A stretch of 64,000 nt of DNA, from assembly GCA_035573755.1 (NCBI GenBank), contig DATLZY010000005.1:33190-97189 (forward strand), given 5' to 3'. Positions within the stretch are counted from its first letter, which is position 1; each line of letters begins with the position of its first letter. The translations under genes and the position numbers were made by a program. The DNA comes from Candidatus Acidiferrales bacterium. GTDB lineage: Bacteria > Pseudomonadota > Gammaproteobacteria > UBA5335. Positions 42,913 to 52,119 of this stretch are shown in pieces. The notes beneath the pieces were generated by a model. The model searched no databases. It saw only the letters and a program-made list of their open reading frames with translations, and was not told where the DNA came from.

Positions 42913-44328
42913 TCAGTAGCGGTAGTGATCGGGCTTGTAGGGGCCGTCCTTCGGAACGCCGATATAGGCGGCCTGCTGATCGGTAAGTTCAGTGAGCTTG
43001 GCGCCCAGTTTCTTGAGCTGCAGGCGGGCAACCTTTTCATCCAGGTGCTTGGGCAGCGTATGCACGCCGATGGGATAGTGGTGGGCGCGGGTGAACAGTT
43101 CGATCTGGGCGATGGTCTGGTTGGCAAATGACGAGGACATCACATAGGAAGGGTGTCCTGTTCCGCAGCCCAGGTTTACCAAGCGACCTCGGGCGAGCAG
43201 GATGATGCGCTTGCCATCGGGGAAGATCACATGATCGACCTGCGGCTTGATCTCTTCCCACTGGTATTTTTCCAGGCTCGCCACGTCGATTTCGTTGTCG
43301 AAATGACCGATGTTGCAGACGATGGCGTTGTTCTTCATCCGCGCCATGTGTGCGTGGGTGATGACGTGGTAGTTGCCGGTGGCGGTGACGAAGATGTCGG
43401 CCTTGTCGGCGGCATCGTCCATGGTCACGACCCGATAGCCTTCCATCGCCGCCTGCAGCGCGCAGATGGGGTCGATCTCGGTGACCCACACCTGTGCCGA
43501 CAACGCGCGCAGGGCCTGAGCACTGCCCTTGCCGACGTCGCCGTAGCCGCAGACCACGGCGATCTTGCCCGCGATCATCACGTCGGTGGCACGCTTGATA
43601 CCGTCGACCAAGGATTCGCGGCAGCCGTACAGGTTGTCGAACTTGGACTTGGTGACCGAGTCGTTGACGTTGATGGCTGGGAACTTGAGTTCGCCACGCT
43701 CGTGCATCTGGTAGAGGCGGTGCACGCCGGTCGTGGTCTCTTCGGTCACGCCCTTGATGTGAGCCAGACGCGTGGAATACCACTTCGGATCGACCGCCAG
43801 GTGTGCACGGATGGCGGCAAAGAGCACACGCTCCTCTTCGCTGGTGGGATGATTCAGTACCGCCAGATCGTTCTCGGCGCGGCTGCCCAGATGCAGCAAC
43901 AGGGTGGCGTCCCCGCCGTCGTCCAGGATCATGTTGGAATGGCCGCCATCGGGCCATTCGAAGATGCGGTGGGTATAGGCCCAATATTCTTCGAGGCTTT
44001 CGCCCTTGTAGGCAAATACCGGCGTGCCGCTGGCCGCGATGGCCGCGGCCGCATGGTCCTGGGTGGAGAAAATGTTGCAAGAGGCCCAACGCACTTCCGC
44101 GCCCAAGGCCTGCAGCGTTTCGATCAGCACCGCCGTCTGGATGGTCATGTGCAAGCTGCCGGAAATGCGTGCGCCGCGCAGCGGCTGGCTTGCGGCATAT
44201 TCTTCACGGATCGCCATCAGACCGGGCATTTCGGTTTCGGCGATGAGGATCTCTTTACGGCCCCAGTCTGCAAGACCGAGATCGGCGACGACATAATCGG
44301 ATTGGGAGGCTTCAGCCAAATGATTCAT
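42913..44328 (-). CDS. ahcY: S-adenosyl-L-homocysteine hydrolase
   Basis: [34 protein letters not shown] and the NAD site [15 protein letters not shown]. Start at MNHLAE with a GGAG RBS. The ORF-track extension to 44733 is not supported. Confidence 0.93.
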   Translation of the reverse strand: MNHLAEASQSDYVVADLGLADWGRKEILIAETEMPGLMAIREEYAASQPLRGARISGSLHMTIQTAVLIETLQALGAEVRWASCNIFSTQDHAAAAIAASGTPVFAYKGESLEEYWAYTHRIFEWPDGGHSNMILDDGGDATLLLHLGSRAENDLAVLNHPTSEEERVLFAAIRAHLAVDPKWYSTRLAHIKGVTEETTTGVHRLYQMHERGELKFPAINVNDSVTKSKFDNLYGCRESLVDGIKRATDVMIAGKIAVVCGYGDVGKGSAQALRALSAQVWVTEIDPICALQAAMEGYRVVTMDDAADKADIFVTATGNYHVITHAHMARMKNNAIVCNIGHFDNEIDVASLEKYQWEEIKPQVDHVIFPDGKRIILLARGRLVNLGCGTGHPSYVMSSSFANQTIAQIELFTRAHHYPIGVHTLPKHLDEKVARLQLKKLGAKLTELTDQQAAYIGVPKDGPYKPDHYRY

Positions 44329-44404
44329 GGGGAGCTCCATGCATAGGCTGGCGCGCGGGGAGGGCGATGTGCTCGCCGTCATCCTCGATCCCGCCAGCGG
44401 GGTT

Positions 44405-44490
44405 GGATGTCGGAGAGCGCCGTTGAATCGCTTCCGAGCCTGGGATCGGACCTGCGGGCCGATCTTGCAGCGCTCCTCGGAATGCCCGGC
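44405..44490 (-). promoter_or_regulatory. SAH riboswitch in the ahcY-metF leader
   Basis: Minus strand reads UUCCGAGGAGCGCUGCAAGAUCGGCCCGCAGGUCCGAUCCCAGGCUCGGAAGCGAUUCAACGGCGCUCUCCG. It contains the conserved CGAGGAGCGCUGC...CAGGCUCGG...AACGGCGCUC blocks. P1 is CCGAG/CUCGG, P2 is the GAUCGG/CCGAUC hairpin, and AGCGC/GCGCU forms the pseudoknot. Lies about 80 nt upstream of the ahcY ATG. Confidence 0.85.
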
Positions 44491-44519
44491 AGTATAGCTC
44501 AGCGATGGCGGGCTGCGAA
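44491..44519 (-). promoter_or_regulatory. candidate sigma70 promoter for the riboswitch-ahcY-metF transcript
   Basis: Minus strand TTCGCA-N17-TATACT. The -10 lies just upstream of the riboswitch 5' end and the -35 lies inside the 3' end of the antiporter gene. Confidence 0.35.
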
Positions 44520-45563
44520 GCTGACCAATAGGGTGACGATGGTCAAGGGCACGACAAAGCTCAACATGATGTTGCTGTAGGCCGTCAAGGCATCGTGCTG
44601 CTGTGCCATCAGCAGAAGATAGATGGTGTACGCGGCATAGTAGGCCAGAAAGAGAATACCTTCCCAGCGGGCGATCTGCCGGCCAGTAAGGAGAATGGGA
44701 AGGCAGGCAAAGGCGACCGCCAGCATCACCCACAGATCGAAAGCGCGGGCTGCTTCGGGCACCGTCAAGCCGCCCGGTGCGGCCACGCCAGCTGCGCCGA
44801 GCACGGCCAGAAGGTTGAAAATATTGCTTCCAATCACATTGCCCACGGCAATGTCGCGCTGACCACGCAGGGCGGCGATGAGCGAAGTGGCAATTTCCGG
44901 CATGGAGGTGCCGATCGCCACGAGGGTGAGGCCAATGACGAGATCGCTCACACCGATCAACTTGGCGAATTCAACCGAAGCGCCTACCAGCCAGTCGGCA
45001 CCCAGCACCAATAGACCAAGACCGCCGAAGATCAGAAGCGTCTGGATGCTCCAGTGGCGATCCCACGTGCTGCTGGGGATTTCGACAATGAAATCCGATG
45101 CAGCGTCCTTGGAAGCCCGGCGCGCTTGCGTGACCAGGAAGGCCGTATAAGTGAGGGCCCCGGTAAACAGCAACGCCGATTCGATTCGTCCGACATATCC
45201 ATCGAGCGCCATTGCCACCACGATCAGCGATGCGCCGATCAGGATGGGAATTTCCTGTTGGATGATCTGCTCATGCACCAAGAGCGGGGCGATTACCGCT
45301 GATAACCCCAGGATCAAGAGCACATTGGCAATGTTGCTTCCGACCACGTTGCCGATGGCGAGGTTCGCCGAACCGGAGACCGCGGCGCCGATCGAGACTG
45401 CCATTTCGGGTGCGCTGGTGCCGAATGCGACGACGGTAAGACCGACGACCAGTGGCGTAATTCCCCATGACACGGCGAGGCGCGCGGCGCCACGCACCAA
45501 CATCTCGGCGCCAGCGACCAAGGTCGCCAGGCCGAGCACGAAGAATAAAGCCTGGGTCAGCAT
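44499..45563 (-). CDS. Ca2+/Na+ antiporter (CaCA family, YrbG-like)
   Basis: Two alpha-repeats, [10 protein letters not shown] and [10 protein letters not shown]. About 10 TM, 354 aa. Confidence 0.85.
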   Translation of the reverse strand: MLTQALFFVLGLATLVAGAEMLVRGAARLAVSWGITPLVVGLTVVAFGTSAPEMAVSIGAAVSGSANLAIGNVVGSNIANVLLILGLSAVIAPLLVHEQIIQQEIPILIGASLIVVAMALDGYVGRIESALLFTGALTYTAFLVTQARRASKDAASDFIVEIPSSTWDRHWSIQTLLIFGGLGLLVLGADWLVGASVEFAKLIGVSDLVIGLTLVAIGTSMPEIATSLIAALRGQRDIAVGNVIGSNIFNLLAVLGAAGVAAPGGLTVPEAARAFDLWVMLAVAFACLPILLTGRQIARWEGILFLAYYAAYTIYLLLMAQQHDALTAYSNIMLSFVVPLTIVTLLVSFAARHR

Positions 45564-45566
45564 GGT

Positions 45567-46730
45567 TCAGGCAGTCCAGGCGTTCCGCAGGACCTCCGCT
45601 TTGTCGGTTCGCTCCCAGGTGAAGTCCGGCTCTTCGCGGCCAAAATGGCCGTAGGATGCGGTGCGCTGGAAAATCGGTCGGCGCAGATTGAGCATCTGGA
45701 TCAGTCCACGCGGGCGCAAATCGAAGTGCTCGCGCACCAGCGCGACCAGCCGATCTTCAGGGAGCGTGCCCGTGCCGAAGGTTTCGATGCTGATGGAGGT
45801 GGGTTCTGCAACGCCGATGGCATAGGACACCTGAACTTCGCAGCGACGCGCAAGGCCTGCGGCCACGATGTTCTTCGCCACATAGCGCGCGGCATAAGCA
45901 GCAGAGCGGTCGACTTTTGTGGGGTCTTTGCCGGAGAAGGCGCCACCGCCGTGGCGCGCCATGCCGCCGTAGGTGTCGACGATGATCTTGCGGCCGGTGA
46001 GGCCGCAGTCGCCGACTGGCCCCCCGATCTCAAAGGCCCCGGTGGGGTTGATGAAATACTTGATGTTGCCGTCCTGCCAATGCGCGGGCAGAACGGGCTT
46101 GATGATCTCTTCCATCACAGCTTCGACGAGCATGCCGTGCTCAATGCCGGGCGCGTGTTGGGTCGAGAGCACTACGGCGTCGATGCCCACGGGCCGGCCG
46201 GCGTCGTAGCGTACCGTGACCTGAGATTTGGCGTCGGGGCGCAGCCAGGGCAAGGTGCCGTTCTTGCGCACCTCGGCCTGACGTTGCACCAGCCGGTGGG
46301 AGAGGGTGATCGGCAGCGGCATCAGGACGTCCGTTTCGTCGGTGGCAAAACCGAACATCAGCCCTTGGTCGCCGGCACCTTGATCGAGATCCAGGCCCCG
46401 ACCTTCATCCACGCCTTGGGCAATGTCGGGGGATTGACGTCCGATTTCGGTCAACACTGCGCAAGTGTCGGGGCTGAAACCCATGGCATCGGTATAGCCG
46501 ATTTCGCGGATGACCTCACGCGCGACGCGGTCGAACTCCACTTGGGCGTTGGTCGTGATTTCACCTGCCAGCATGACCAGGTTGTTCTTGACCAGCGTCT
46601 CGCAGGCGACGCGGGCCGTGGGGTCCTGGGCCAGGATGGCGTCGAGAATGGCATCGGAGATCTGGTCGCAGACCTTGTCCGGGTGCCCTTCGGAAACCGA
46701 TTCGGAGGTGAACAAACGGGTTTGAGCCAT
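45567..46730 (-). CDS. metK: S-adenosylmethionine synthase
   Basis: [36 protein letters not shown] and [16 protein letters not shown] motifs. Confidence 0.95.
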   Translation of the reverse strand: MAQTRLFTSESVSEGHPDKVCDQISDAILDAILAQDPTARVACETLVKNNLVMLAGEITTNAQVEFDRVAREVIREIGYTDAMGFSPDTCAVLTEIGRQSPDIAQGVDEGRGLDLDQGAGDQGLMFGFATDETDVLMPLPITLSHRLVQRQAEVRKNGTLPWLRPDAKSQVTVRYDAGRPVGIDAVVLSTQHAPGIEHGMLVEAVMEEIIKPVLPAHWQDGNIKYFINPTGAFEIGGPVGDCGLTGRKIIVDTYGGMARHGGGAFSGKDPTKVDRSAAYAARYVAKNIVAAGLARRCEVQVSYAIGVAEPTSISIETFGTGTLPEDRLVALVREHFDLRPRGLIQMLNLRRPIFQRTASYGHFGREEPDFTWERTDKAEVLRNAWTA

Positions 46731-47011
46731 GGCGAGAGCCCCTTGATGGAGAGGTTGAAGGCGAGTGGTCAGATCAGCGTGGGCGCAAGCCTATCCGATG
46801 GCCGGCACGGTGCCAAGGTTGACACAACACTTGTCATGTAGGGGCGGCAATGCGCGCCGGGAAAGCCGCGACCTTCACGCCGTTGCTGGGGGCAGGCGGA
46901 GCAAATCGGTTGCTGCGCTGGGCACTGGCGGGATTCGCGGTTGTGCCCCGTGCTCCATGGTGACGACAAGTGTCGCTCCGGTCGATGGCACGCCCTTGAC
47001 GCAAATCAATT

Positions 47012-47030
47012 GCAAGAGATTCTCATTTGT
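47012..47030. promoter_or_regulatory. Fur-box-like 19-mer upstream of the OMP/FMN-bind/ApbE module
   Basis: The reverse complement acaAATGAGAATCtcttgc matches about 12 of 19 positions of GATAATGATAATCATTATC by hand alignment, 9/10 in the core AATGA(T/g)AATC. Overlaps a possible TTGCAA-N17-AACAAT promoter. Confidence 0.3.
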
Positions 47031-47066
47031 ATAACAATTAGCAAAAATTGGGGTAGGAAGGTCAAG

Positions 47067-47978
47067 ATGAAATCAGGCAAAAAGATTCGGACCAGGATGC
47101 GCCGCGCAGCCGGCGGGATGTTGAACACAGTGATCGTCTTGGCGGGCTACGCCTTACCCGCAGGCGCTGATGAAAACCTTTTTGGCTATGTGACGGGCGT
47201 CGATACCCTGCCCAAAGGGGCGAGCGAGGTCTATCTGTGGGCGACCGACCGCCGCGACAAGGGCCAAGGCCATTACGCCGCTCAGGATTACCGGATCGAG
47301 TTCGAACGCGGGCTGACTGACCGGCTCACCGGCTCGCTGTACCTCAACTGGCGTCATCACGACATCAAGGGAGCAGCGGATGTCGACGAGAGCGGGAAAC
47401 CGGAATATCCCGATGTCGATCGGTTCGGCTTCCAGGGCGCGCAGGCGTCGATCAAATACAACTTGCTGGACGTCTACACCAATCCCGTCGGTGTGGCGCT
47501 CTATTTCGAGCCGGGCTATTCCGAAATCTTCAAGATCACAGGCCAGGAGCAACAGGAATTGTCCTTGGAGACCAAGCTGATCGTCCAGAAGAATTTCCTT
47601 GAGGATCAGCTGGTTTGGGCGACCAACCTGACACCGGAGTTTGAGGTGCGCAAGTTTGACGGCGAGGAGACCTGGGAAACCGAGCTGGCGCTTGAACTCA
47701 CGTCTGCCGTGTCCTACCGAATCGCAGCCAACTGGTTCGGTGGACTCGAGACACGCTATCACTCCGAATACCCGGACTGGCCGGACAGCGATTTGCGTGA
47801 ACACTATGCGATTTTCGCTGGCCCCACCGTCCACTATGGCGCCCAGCGCTGGTGGTGGACCCTGACCTATCTGCCGCAGCTCACGGGGCGACCCGTGGAT
47901 GAAGCCCGTGACGAAGATCTGCATTTGCATGAACATGAGAAGCGCGAAGTCCGCATGAAACTTGGCTACAACTTCTGA
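47067..47978 (+). CDS. putative outer-membrane beta-barrel protein
   Basis: Signal-like N-terminus, alternating amphipathic strands, Tyr/Trp girdles, and a C-terminal KLGYNF ending in Phe. GGTAGGAAGG RBS. Confidence 0.65.
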   Translation: MKSGKKIRTRMRRAAGGMLNTVIVLAGYALPAGADENLFGYVTGVDTLPKGASEVYLWATDRRDKGQGHYAAQDYRIEFERGLTDRLTGSLYLNWRHHDIKGAADVDESGKPEYPDVDRFGFQGAQASIKYNLLDVYTNPVGVALYFEPGYSEIFKITGQEQQELSLETKLIVQKNFLEDQLVWATNLTPEFEVRKFDGEETWETELALELTSAVSYRIAANWFGGLETRYHSEYPDWPDSDLREHYAIFAGPTVHYGAQRWWWTLTYLPQLTGRPVDEARDEDLHLHEHEKREVRMKLGYNF

Positions 47979-47996
47979 GTACGGGGCGATTCGGCG

Positions 47997-48524
47997 ATGA
48001 ACGAGCGTTCTGCTTTCCTGCTGTCCCTCACGGCGCTGGCTGTGTCGCCGGCCTGCTATGCGGTGCAATACCTTTCGGTGGAACAGGCGCAGGCACTGAT
48101 GTTTCCGAACGCCGTGCTGACCCCCTTGCCCATGACCCTTACGGCCGAGCAGAAGAAGACCATCGAAGCGCGCACCGGGACCATGGTTCGCCAGAGCGAA
48201 CTCAAGCTCTGGCGGGCGGCTACCGGTGGTTATTTCCTGGTCGATCAGGTGCTCGGCAAGCATGAGTTCATCACCTATGCCGTGGCGTTGGACGACAGTG
48301 GAGCCGTGCGGCAGATTGAGATCCTGGATTACCGTGAAACACACGGCGACGAGGTCCGTCGCCCAGGCTGGCGCAGCCAGTTTGCCGGCAAGACCAGCGC
48401 CGATACGCTCCGGGTCAACAAGGATATCCAGAACATCTCGGGCGCCACTTTGTCCTGCGTCCACATCACCGACGGCGTCCGTCGTCTGCTGGCCACCTAT
48501 GATGTCGCTATCCGTCCGCGCTGA
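47997..48524 (+). CDS. secreted FMN-binding domain protein (ApbE substrate-type)
   Basis: Signal peptide (LLSLTALAVSPACYA). Near the C-terminus, DIQNISGATLS matches the flavinylation motif D-x-x-(S/T)-G-A-(S/T). Confidence 0.8.
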   Translation: MNERSAFLLSLTALAVSPACYAVQYLSVEQAQALMFPNAVLTPLPMTLTAEQKKTIEARTGTMVRQSELKLWRAATGGYFLVDQVLGKHEFITYAVALDDSGAVRQIEILDYRETHGDEVRRPGWRSQFAGKTSADTLRVNKDIQNISGATLSCVHITDGVRRLLATYDVAIRPR

Positions 48525-49410
48525 GGCAGGACCCTGGCGGCGTGCTCGGCCGTTGCTCGGAACCTTGGTCGAGATCACCGTGAGCGGGCCGCAACCGGCG
48601 TATCCCGCGGCTGCTTTTGAAGCTGCTTTCGCGGCCATTGCCCGCGTTCACGACCTGATGAGCTGGCATGACGCCGGCAGCGATGTCGGGCGCATCAATC
48701 GCGCCGCCAGCGGTCACTGGTTGCCGATCGATGCGTGGACTGGTGAGGTGTTGCGTGCGGCGCAGATGCTGTTCGCGCGCAGCGGCGGCCTGTTCGATGT
48801 GACCTGCGAGCGCCATCTGCGCCGTGCCGGCATCTTGCCCGATGCGTTGCACCCCGACCCCGAGCGCGGCGGCGGGATGGCCGACCTCATCCTGGACGAA
48901 GGTGACTGCAGTGTGCGCCTCGACCGGCCGCTGAGCATCAACCTCGACGGCATTGCCAAAGGCTACGCGGTGGATCGGGCGGTTGCGGTTCTGCAGGATC
49001 ATGGGGTCGCGGGCGGGTGCGTCAACGCCGGTGGCGACTTGAGGCTGTTCGGATCCAGTGAGCAGGAGGTCGGCCTGCGCAATCCACGCCGGCCGGCCGA
49101 GATCATTCATCTGGGGCGCTACTGCGACCGTGCGGTGGCCACGACCGGGGGATACTTTCTCGATTCGGGGCTGGACGTCGCCAGCGCGGTGATCGATCCT
49201 GCCAGCGGATTGGCGGTGACCTTGCCGGGCAGTATCACCGTCACAGCGCCGTGCTGCATGCACGCCGATGCCCTGACCAAGATCGCCGCCTTGCGGCGTC
49301 CCGATGATGACCTCGTGGATTCCTTGTTCCAGGAGTTGCAGGCCACTGTTCACACGTTTTCGATCGCAGGCGCGGAGGCTGTCCAGGATGACGGTGAACC
49401 GCGTCAATAG
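48499..49410 (+). CDS. apbE: FAD:protein FMN transferase
   Basis: LMGT-like LLGTLVEITV, DVGRIN, GGLFDVT, LDGIAKGYAVD, VNAGGDLR blocks typical of ApbE. The start is uncertain (ATG 48499/48502 overlaps the upstream gene). No clear signal peptide from that start. Confidence 0.85.
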   Translation: MMSLSVRAEAGPWRRARPLLGTLVEITVSGPQPAYPAAAFEAAFAAIARVHDLMSWHDAGSDVGRINRAASGHWLPIDAWTGEVLRAAQMLFARSGGLFDVTCERHLRRAGILPDALHPDPERGGGMADLILDEGDCSVRLDRPLSINLDGIAKGYAVDRAVAVLQDHGVAGGCVNAGGDLRLFGSSEQEVGLRNPRRPAEIIHLGRYCDRAVATTGGYFLDSGLDVASAVIDPASGLAVTLPGSITVTAPCCMHADALTKIAALRRPDDDLVDSLFQELQATVHTFSIAGAEAVQDDGEPRQ

Positions 49411-49885
49411 CGTGCCGCGCTGGCAGCGCTCGTTGCTCTATTCCGCGTTGTCGGGGCTCGCCCTCACAGGTCTTGCCTGGATGATCCTGCATTACGCGAG
49501 CGGGGGATTCGCCGGCGATGACCGGCCTTATGCACTGCTGCACCAGTTCATGGTGTTGCATGGGGTTCTGGGGTATGTGGCCGCCGTTGCCGTGGGCGTA
49601 TTCCTTGGCCAGCATGTGCCTGCCGGTTGGCGTGCGGGTCGCAATCTGGCCACCGGCCTCAGCGTGGCCGCGCTGTTCGCTGTCTTGATGAGTACGGCCC
49701 TGGTGCTCTATTACAGCGGCGAGGAGTCCTTACGCGCATTCGCCAGCCTGGCCCATCAGATGCTCGGTTTGGGCCTGATTCTGGCCGTTCCCCTTCATGT
49801 CGCCCGGCGCCGCGCACGCCGCGCGCTGACGAGGACTGCCGGTGCGAAGCCTGACCGGACTGATGCGGACACTGCAAATATCTGA
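49388..49885 (+). CDS. 4-TM histidine-rich membrane protein (cytochrome b / DUF4405-like)
   Basis: Four hydrophobic helices each carrying His (ILHYA, LLHQFMVLHG, GQHV, LAHQM, PLHV). The start overlaps the apbE 3' end. Confidence 0.6.
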   Translation: MTVNRVNSVPRWQRSLLYSALSGLALTGLAWMILHYASGGFAGDDRPYALLHQFMVLHGVLGYVAAVAVGVFLGQHVPAGWRAGRNLATGLSVAALFAVLMSTALVLYYSGEESLRAFASLAHQMLGLGLILAVPLHVARRRARRALTRTAGAKPDRTDADTANI

Positions 49886-49999
49886 CAACGCTCGAGCTTG
49901 AACGAGGCGGGTCGGCCGTTTTCAGGATATGGTCAGCTTGCCGGTAAGCGGTTCGGTGTCCCGCCGCGTCGAGGCTGATTCTGCTGCGCTCCCAATCGC

Positions 50000-51214
50000 T
50001 CAACCGTGTCCGGTCAGTTGTCCGAAGAGACGAAAACCGCCGACATAGGTGCCCATCGAGGCGCCCAGATTGACCAGCATAAACACCAGAAAGGTGTGCG
50101 CCACCCGGTTGCGCCACCAGCCCGAGATATGGGCGACGTCCTCACGCAAGGTTGCGAAGTCAGCCACACGCGGCTTGCGCAACCACAGTTCCAGTGCCAC
50201 CGCCACCATGCCGGCTCCGATCAAGGGATGCAGGGTCGTGATCGGCGCCGCGAGGAAGGAGCCTATCAGCGTCACAGGATGCGCCAGGGCGATCAGCGCG
50301 CCGACAGCTGCCAGACCGCCCGTCGTCAAGGTCCAGTCGAGCACCAGTTGCCAGCCGAGTTCGGGGCCCCGCACGAAGCCGACCACGAATCCGCCGAGGA
50401 TCAGGATCATGATCATCCACGGCAACAACTGCCCCAGACGGCTGCGGGGTGGCGTGGCGACCAAGCTGACCAGAGCAGTGTCCGGCGGCACCGATGGCGG
50501 CATTTCGAGGTGTCGGACGATCCCATCGAGATGGCCCGCGCCGACGACGGCAAGGATGTGCTGGCCGGGATGCGCTTGGGCGTACTCGCGAAGCTTGAGC
50601 GCCATATATTCGTCCCGTTCACCGATCAGTGCCCGGTAGAGCGGTTCGGCCTGATCGGCAAAGTCGGCAAACGTGTTGTGCAGAATATCGCCCATCTTGA
50701 GTCGCTCGATGTCTTCTTCCGCGATTTCTTCCCGGGTCAGCAGGCTCGCCATCAGGCCGGCGATGAGCCCGGGTCGCTGCCACCAGCGCACGGCAGCGGT
50801 CAATCGCCGCAGCGTAATGCCTACCTCGCGATCGATGAGGACCACGGGCAGACCGGCGCCATCGGCGGCTTCCAGAGCTGCCCGCAATTCCGCGCCAGGC
50901 TCGACGCCGAGCTGATCGGCCAACCGCTGCTGATAGGCGGTCAGCGCGAGATTGGCGGCGACCAGGCCCATCTTGCCTTCGCGCACGACCTGCAGCAGAT
51001 CCATGCGGGCCAGTGCATCGGGATCCTTGAGTGCGGCATGGCGGCTGGGGCACAACTCGACGGCCACGGCATCGAACTGCCCGCTGGGGATGAGTCTGCG
51101 AACGGCTTCCTCGCTGGCTCGCGAGACATGCGCGGTGCCGAGCAGGGTGATGTGGCAGGAGCCCAGGGTGATTTCCCGCAGCGGCTCATCCATAGCGGTG
51201 ACAGGCCGGTTCAC
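50000..51214 (-). CDS. TraB/GumN family protein with a C-terminal membrane domain
   Basis: ITLLGTAHVSRASEEAV, VAVELC and GAGHLDG motifs of the TraB family, followed by about 4 TM. Start options are GTG 51214 (AAGGAA RBS), ATG 51193 and ATG 51307. Confidence 0.75.
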   Translation of the reverse strand: MNRPVTAMDEPLREITLGSCHITLLGTAHVSRASEEAVRRLIPSGQFDAVAVELCPSRHAALKDPDALARMDLLQVVREGKMGLVAANLALTAYQQRLADQLGVEPGAELRAALEAADGAGLPVVLIDREVGITLRRLTAAVRWWQRPGLIAGLMASLLTREEIAEEDIERLKMGDILHNTFADFADQAEPLYRALIGERDEYMALKLREYAQAHPGQHILAVVGAGHLDGIVRHLEMPPSVPPDTALVSLVATPPRSRLGQLLPWMIMILILGGFVVGFVRGPELGWQLVLDWTLTTGGLAAVGALIALAHPVTLIGSFLAAPITTLHPLIGAGMVAVALELWLRKPRVADFATLREDVAHISGWWRNRVAHTFLVFMLVNLGASMGTYVGGFRLFGQLTGHG

Positions 51215-51305
51215 GTAGTGTTCCTTGACTGGACGAGGCGGCAGGTGCGGGGCAAGATCCGGCAAAGCATGCCGCGCGGGTGGCGGGGAATCAAGCGGAG
51301 GCGCC

Positions 51306-52046
51306 ATGGATTGGCGATCACAGTGGGGCTTGGCGCGTTCCGTTCTGCATTACCGGTTGCGGCCAGGGCGGCACAGGCGATTGAGCGATTTTTACCGGCC
51401 CTGGATCGGCGCGGACAGTCTCTGTTTCGACATCGGTGCGCACTTGGGCGATCGCGTGGACGCATGGCGTCGGCTGGGCGCGCGGGTGGTGGCGGTCGAG
51501 CCGCAGCCGCTGTTCCGAGACATCCTGATGCGGCGTTACCGGCATGATCCGCGCGTTTGCATCGAGCCGGTGGCACTGGCCGAGCAGCCGGGCCGGCAAA
51601 CGCTCTGGATCAGTCGGCGCACGCCCACGGTCAGCACGATCAATCCCATCTGGCGCGAGGCGATGGCAGCTTCGCCCCGCTTTCGCGGCGTGACATGGGA
51701 CACGCGCTGCGAGGTCGAGGTGATGACGCTGGACGGATTGATCGCGCGCCACGGCGTCCCGGCCTTCTGCAAGCTCGATGTCGAGGGCGCCGAAGCGCAG
51801 GTGCTGGCTGGGCTGTCATGCCCGTTGCCGGCACTGTCGTTCGAGTATTCGCCGGCTGCCCTCACGGGTGCGATCGCCTGCATCGAACGCTTGAATGCGC
51901 TCGGTGCGTATCGTTTCCGCCGCTCGGTGGGGGAAAGCCTGCGCTGGAGCGGCGGATGGATGACGGCGGGGCAGGCATGCGCCGATCTGGACGCACTCTC
52001 GTCCGATGCGTCGGCCGGGGATCTCTATGCCGAACGGATCGCCTGA
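51306..52046 (+). CDS. FkbM-family methyltransferase
   Basis: CFDIGAHLGD SAM-binding motif and KLDVEGAEAQVL typical of the FkbM family. Confidence 0.8.
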   Translation: MDWRSQWGLARSVLHYRLRPGRHRRLSDFYRPWIGADSLCFDIGAHLGDRVDAWRRLGARVVAVEPQPLFRDILMRRYRHDPRVCIEPVALAEQPGRQTLWISRRTPTVSTINPIWREAMAASPRFRGVTWDTRCEVEVMTLDGLIARHGVPAFCKLDVEGAEAQVLAGLSCPLPALSFEYSPAALTGAIACIERLNALGAYRFRRSVGESLRWSGGWMTAGQACADLDALSSDASAGDLYAERIA

Positions 52047-52119
52047 AGCGCGCCAACGATTGGTACAATCCGGCCCGAATCGGGGTGGCGTGGCGCATCC
52101 ATGAACGAAGGGGAAGCGG

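Noticed and set aside
46731-46940. Possible SAM riboswitch or sigma54 promoter (TGGCAC-N5-CGGC) in the metK leader
   Set aside because: I could not find the conserved cores of the SAM-II, SAM-V or SAM/SAH classes by eye, and the -12 element does not match TTGC. A covariance-model scan would be needed. An alternative weak sigma70 candidate (TTGGCA-N17-TAGGCT) is equally unproven.
43153-51547. Other long antisense ORFs (43153-44346, 45645-46841, 47154-48638, 48508-49407, 50006-51547)
   Set aside because: Each lies opposite a gene with strong family evidence (ahcY, metK, OMP/FMN-bind, apbE, traB-like) and has a shadow-ORF composition.
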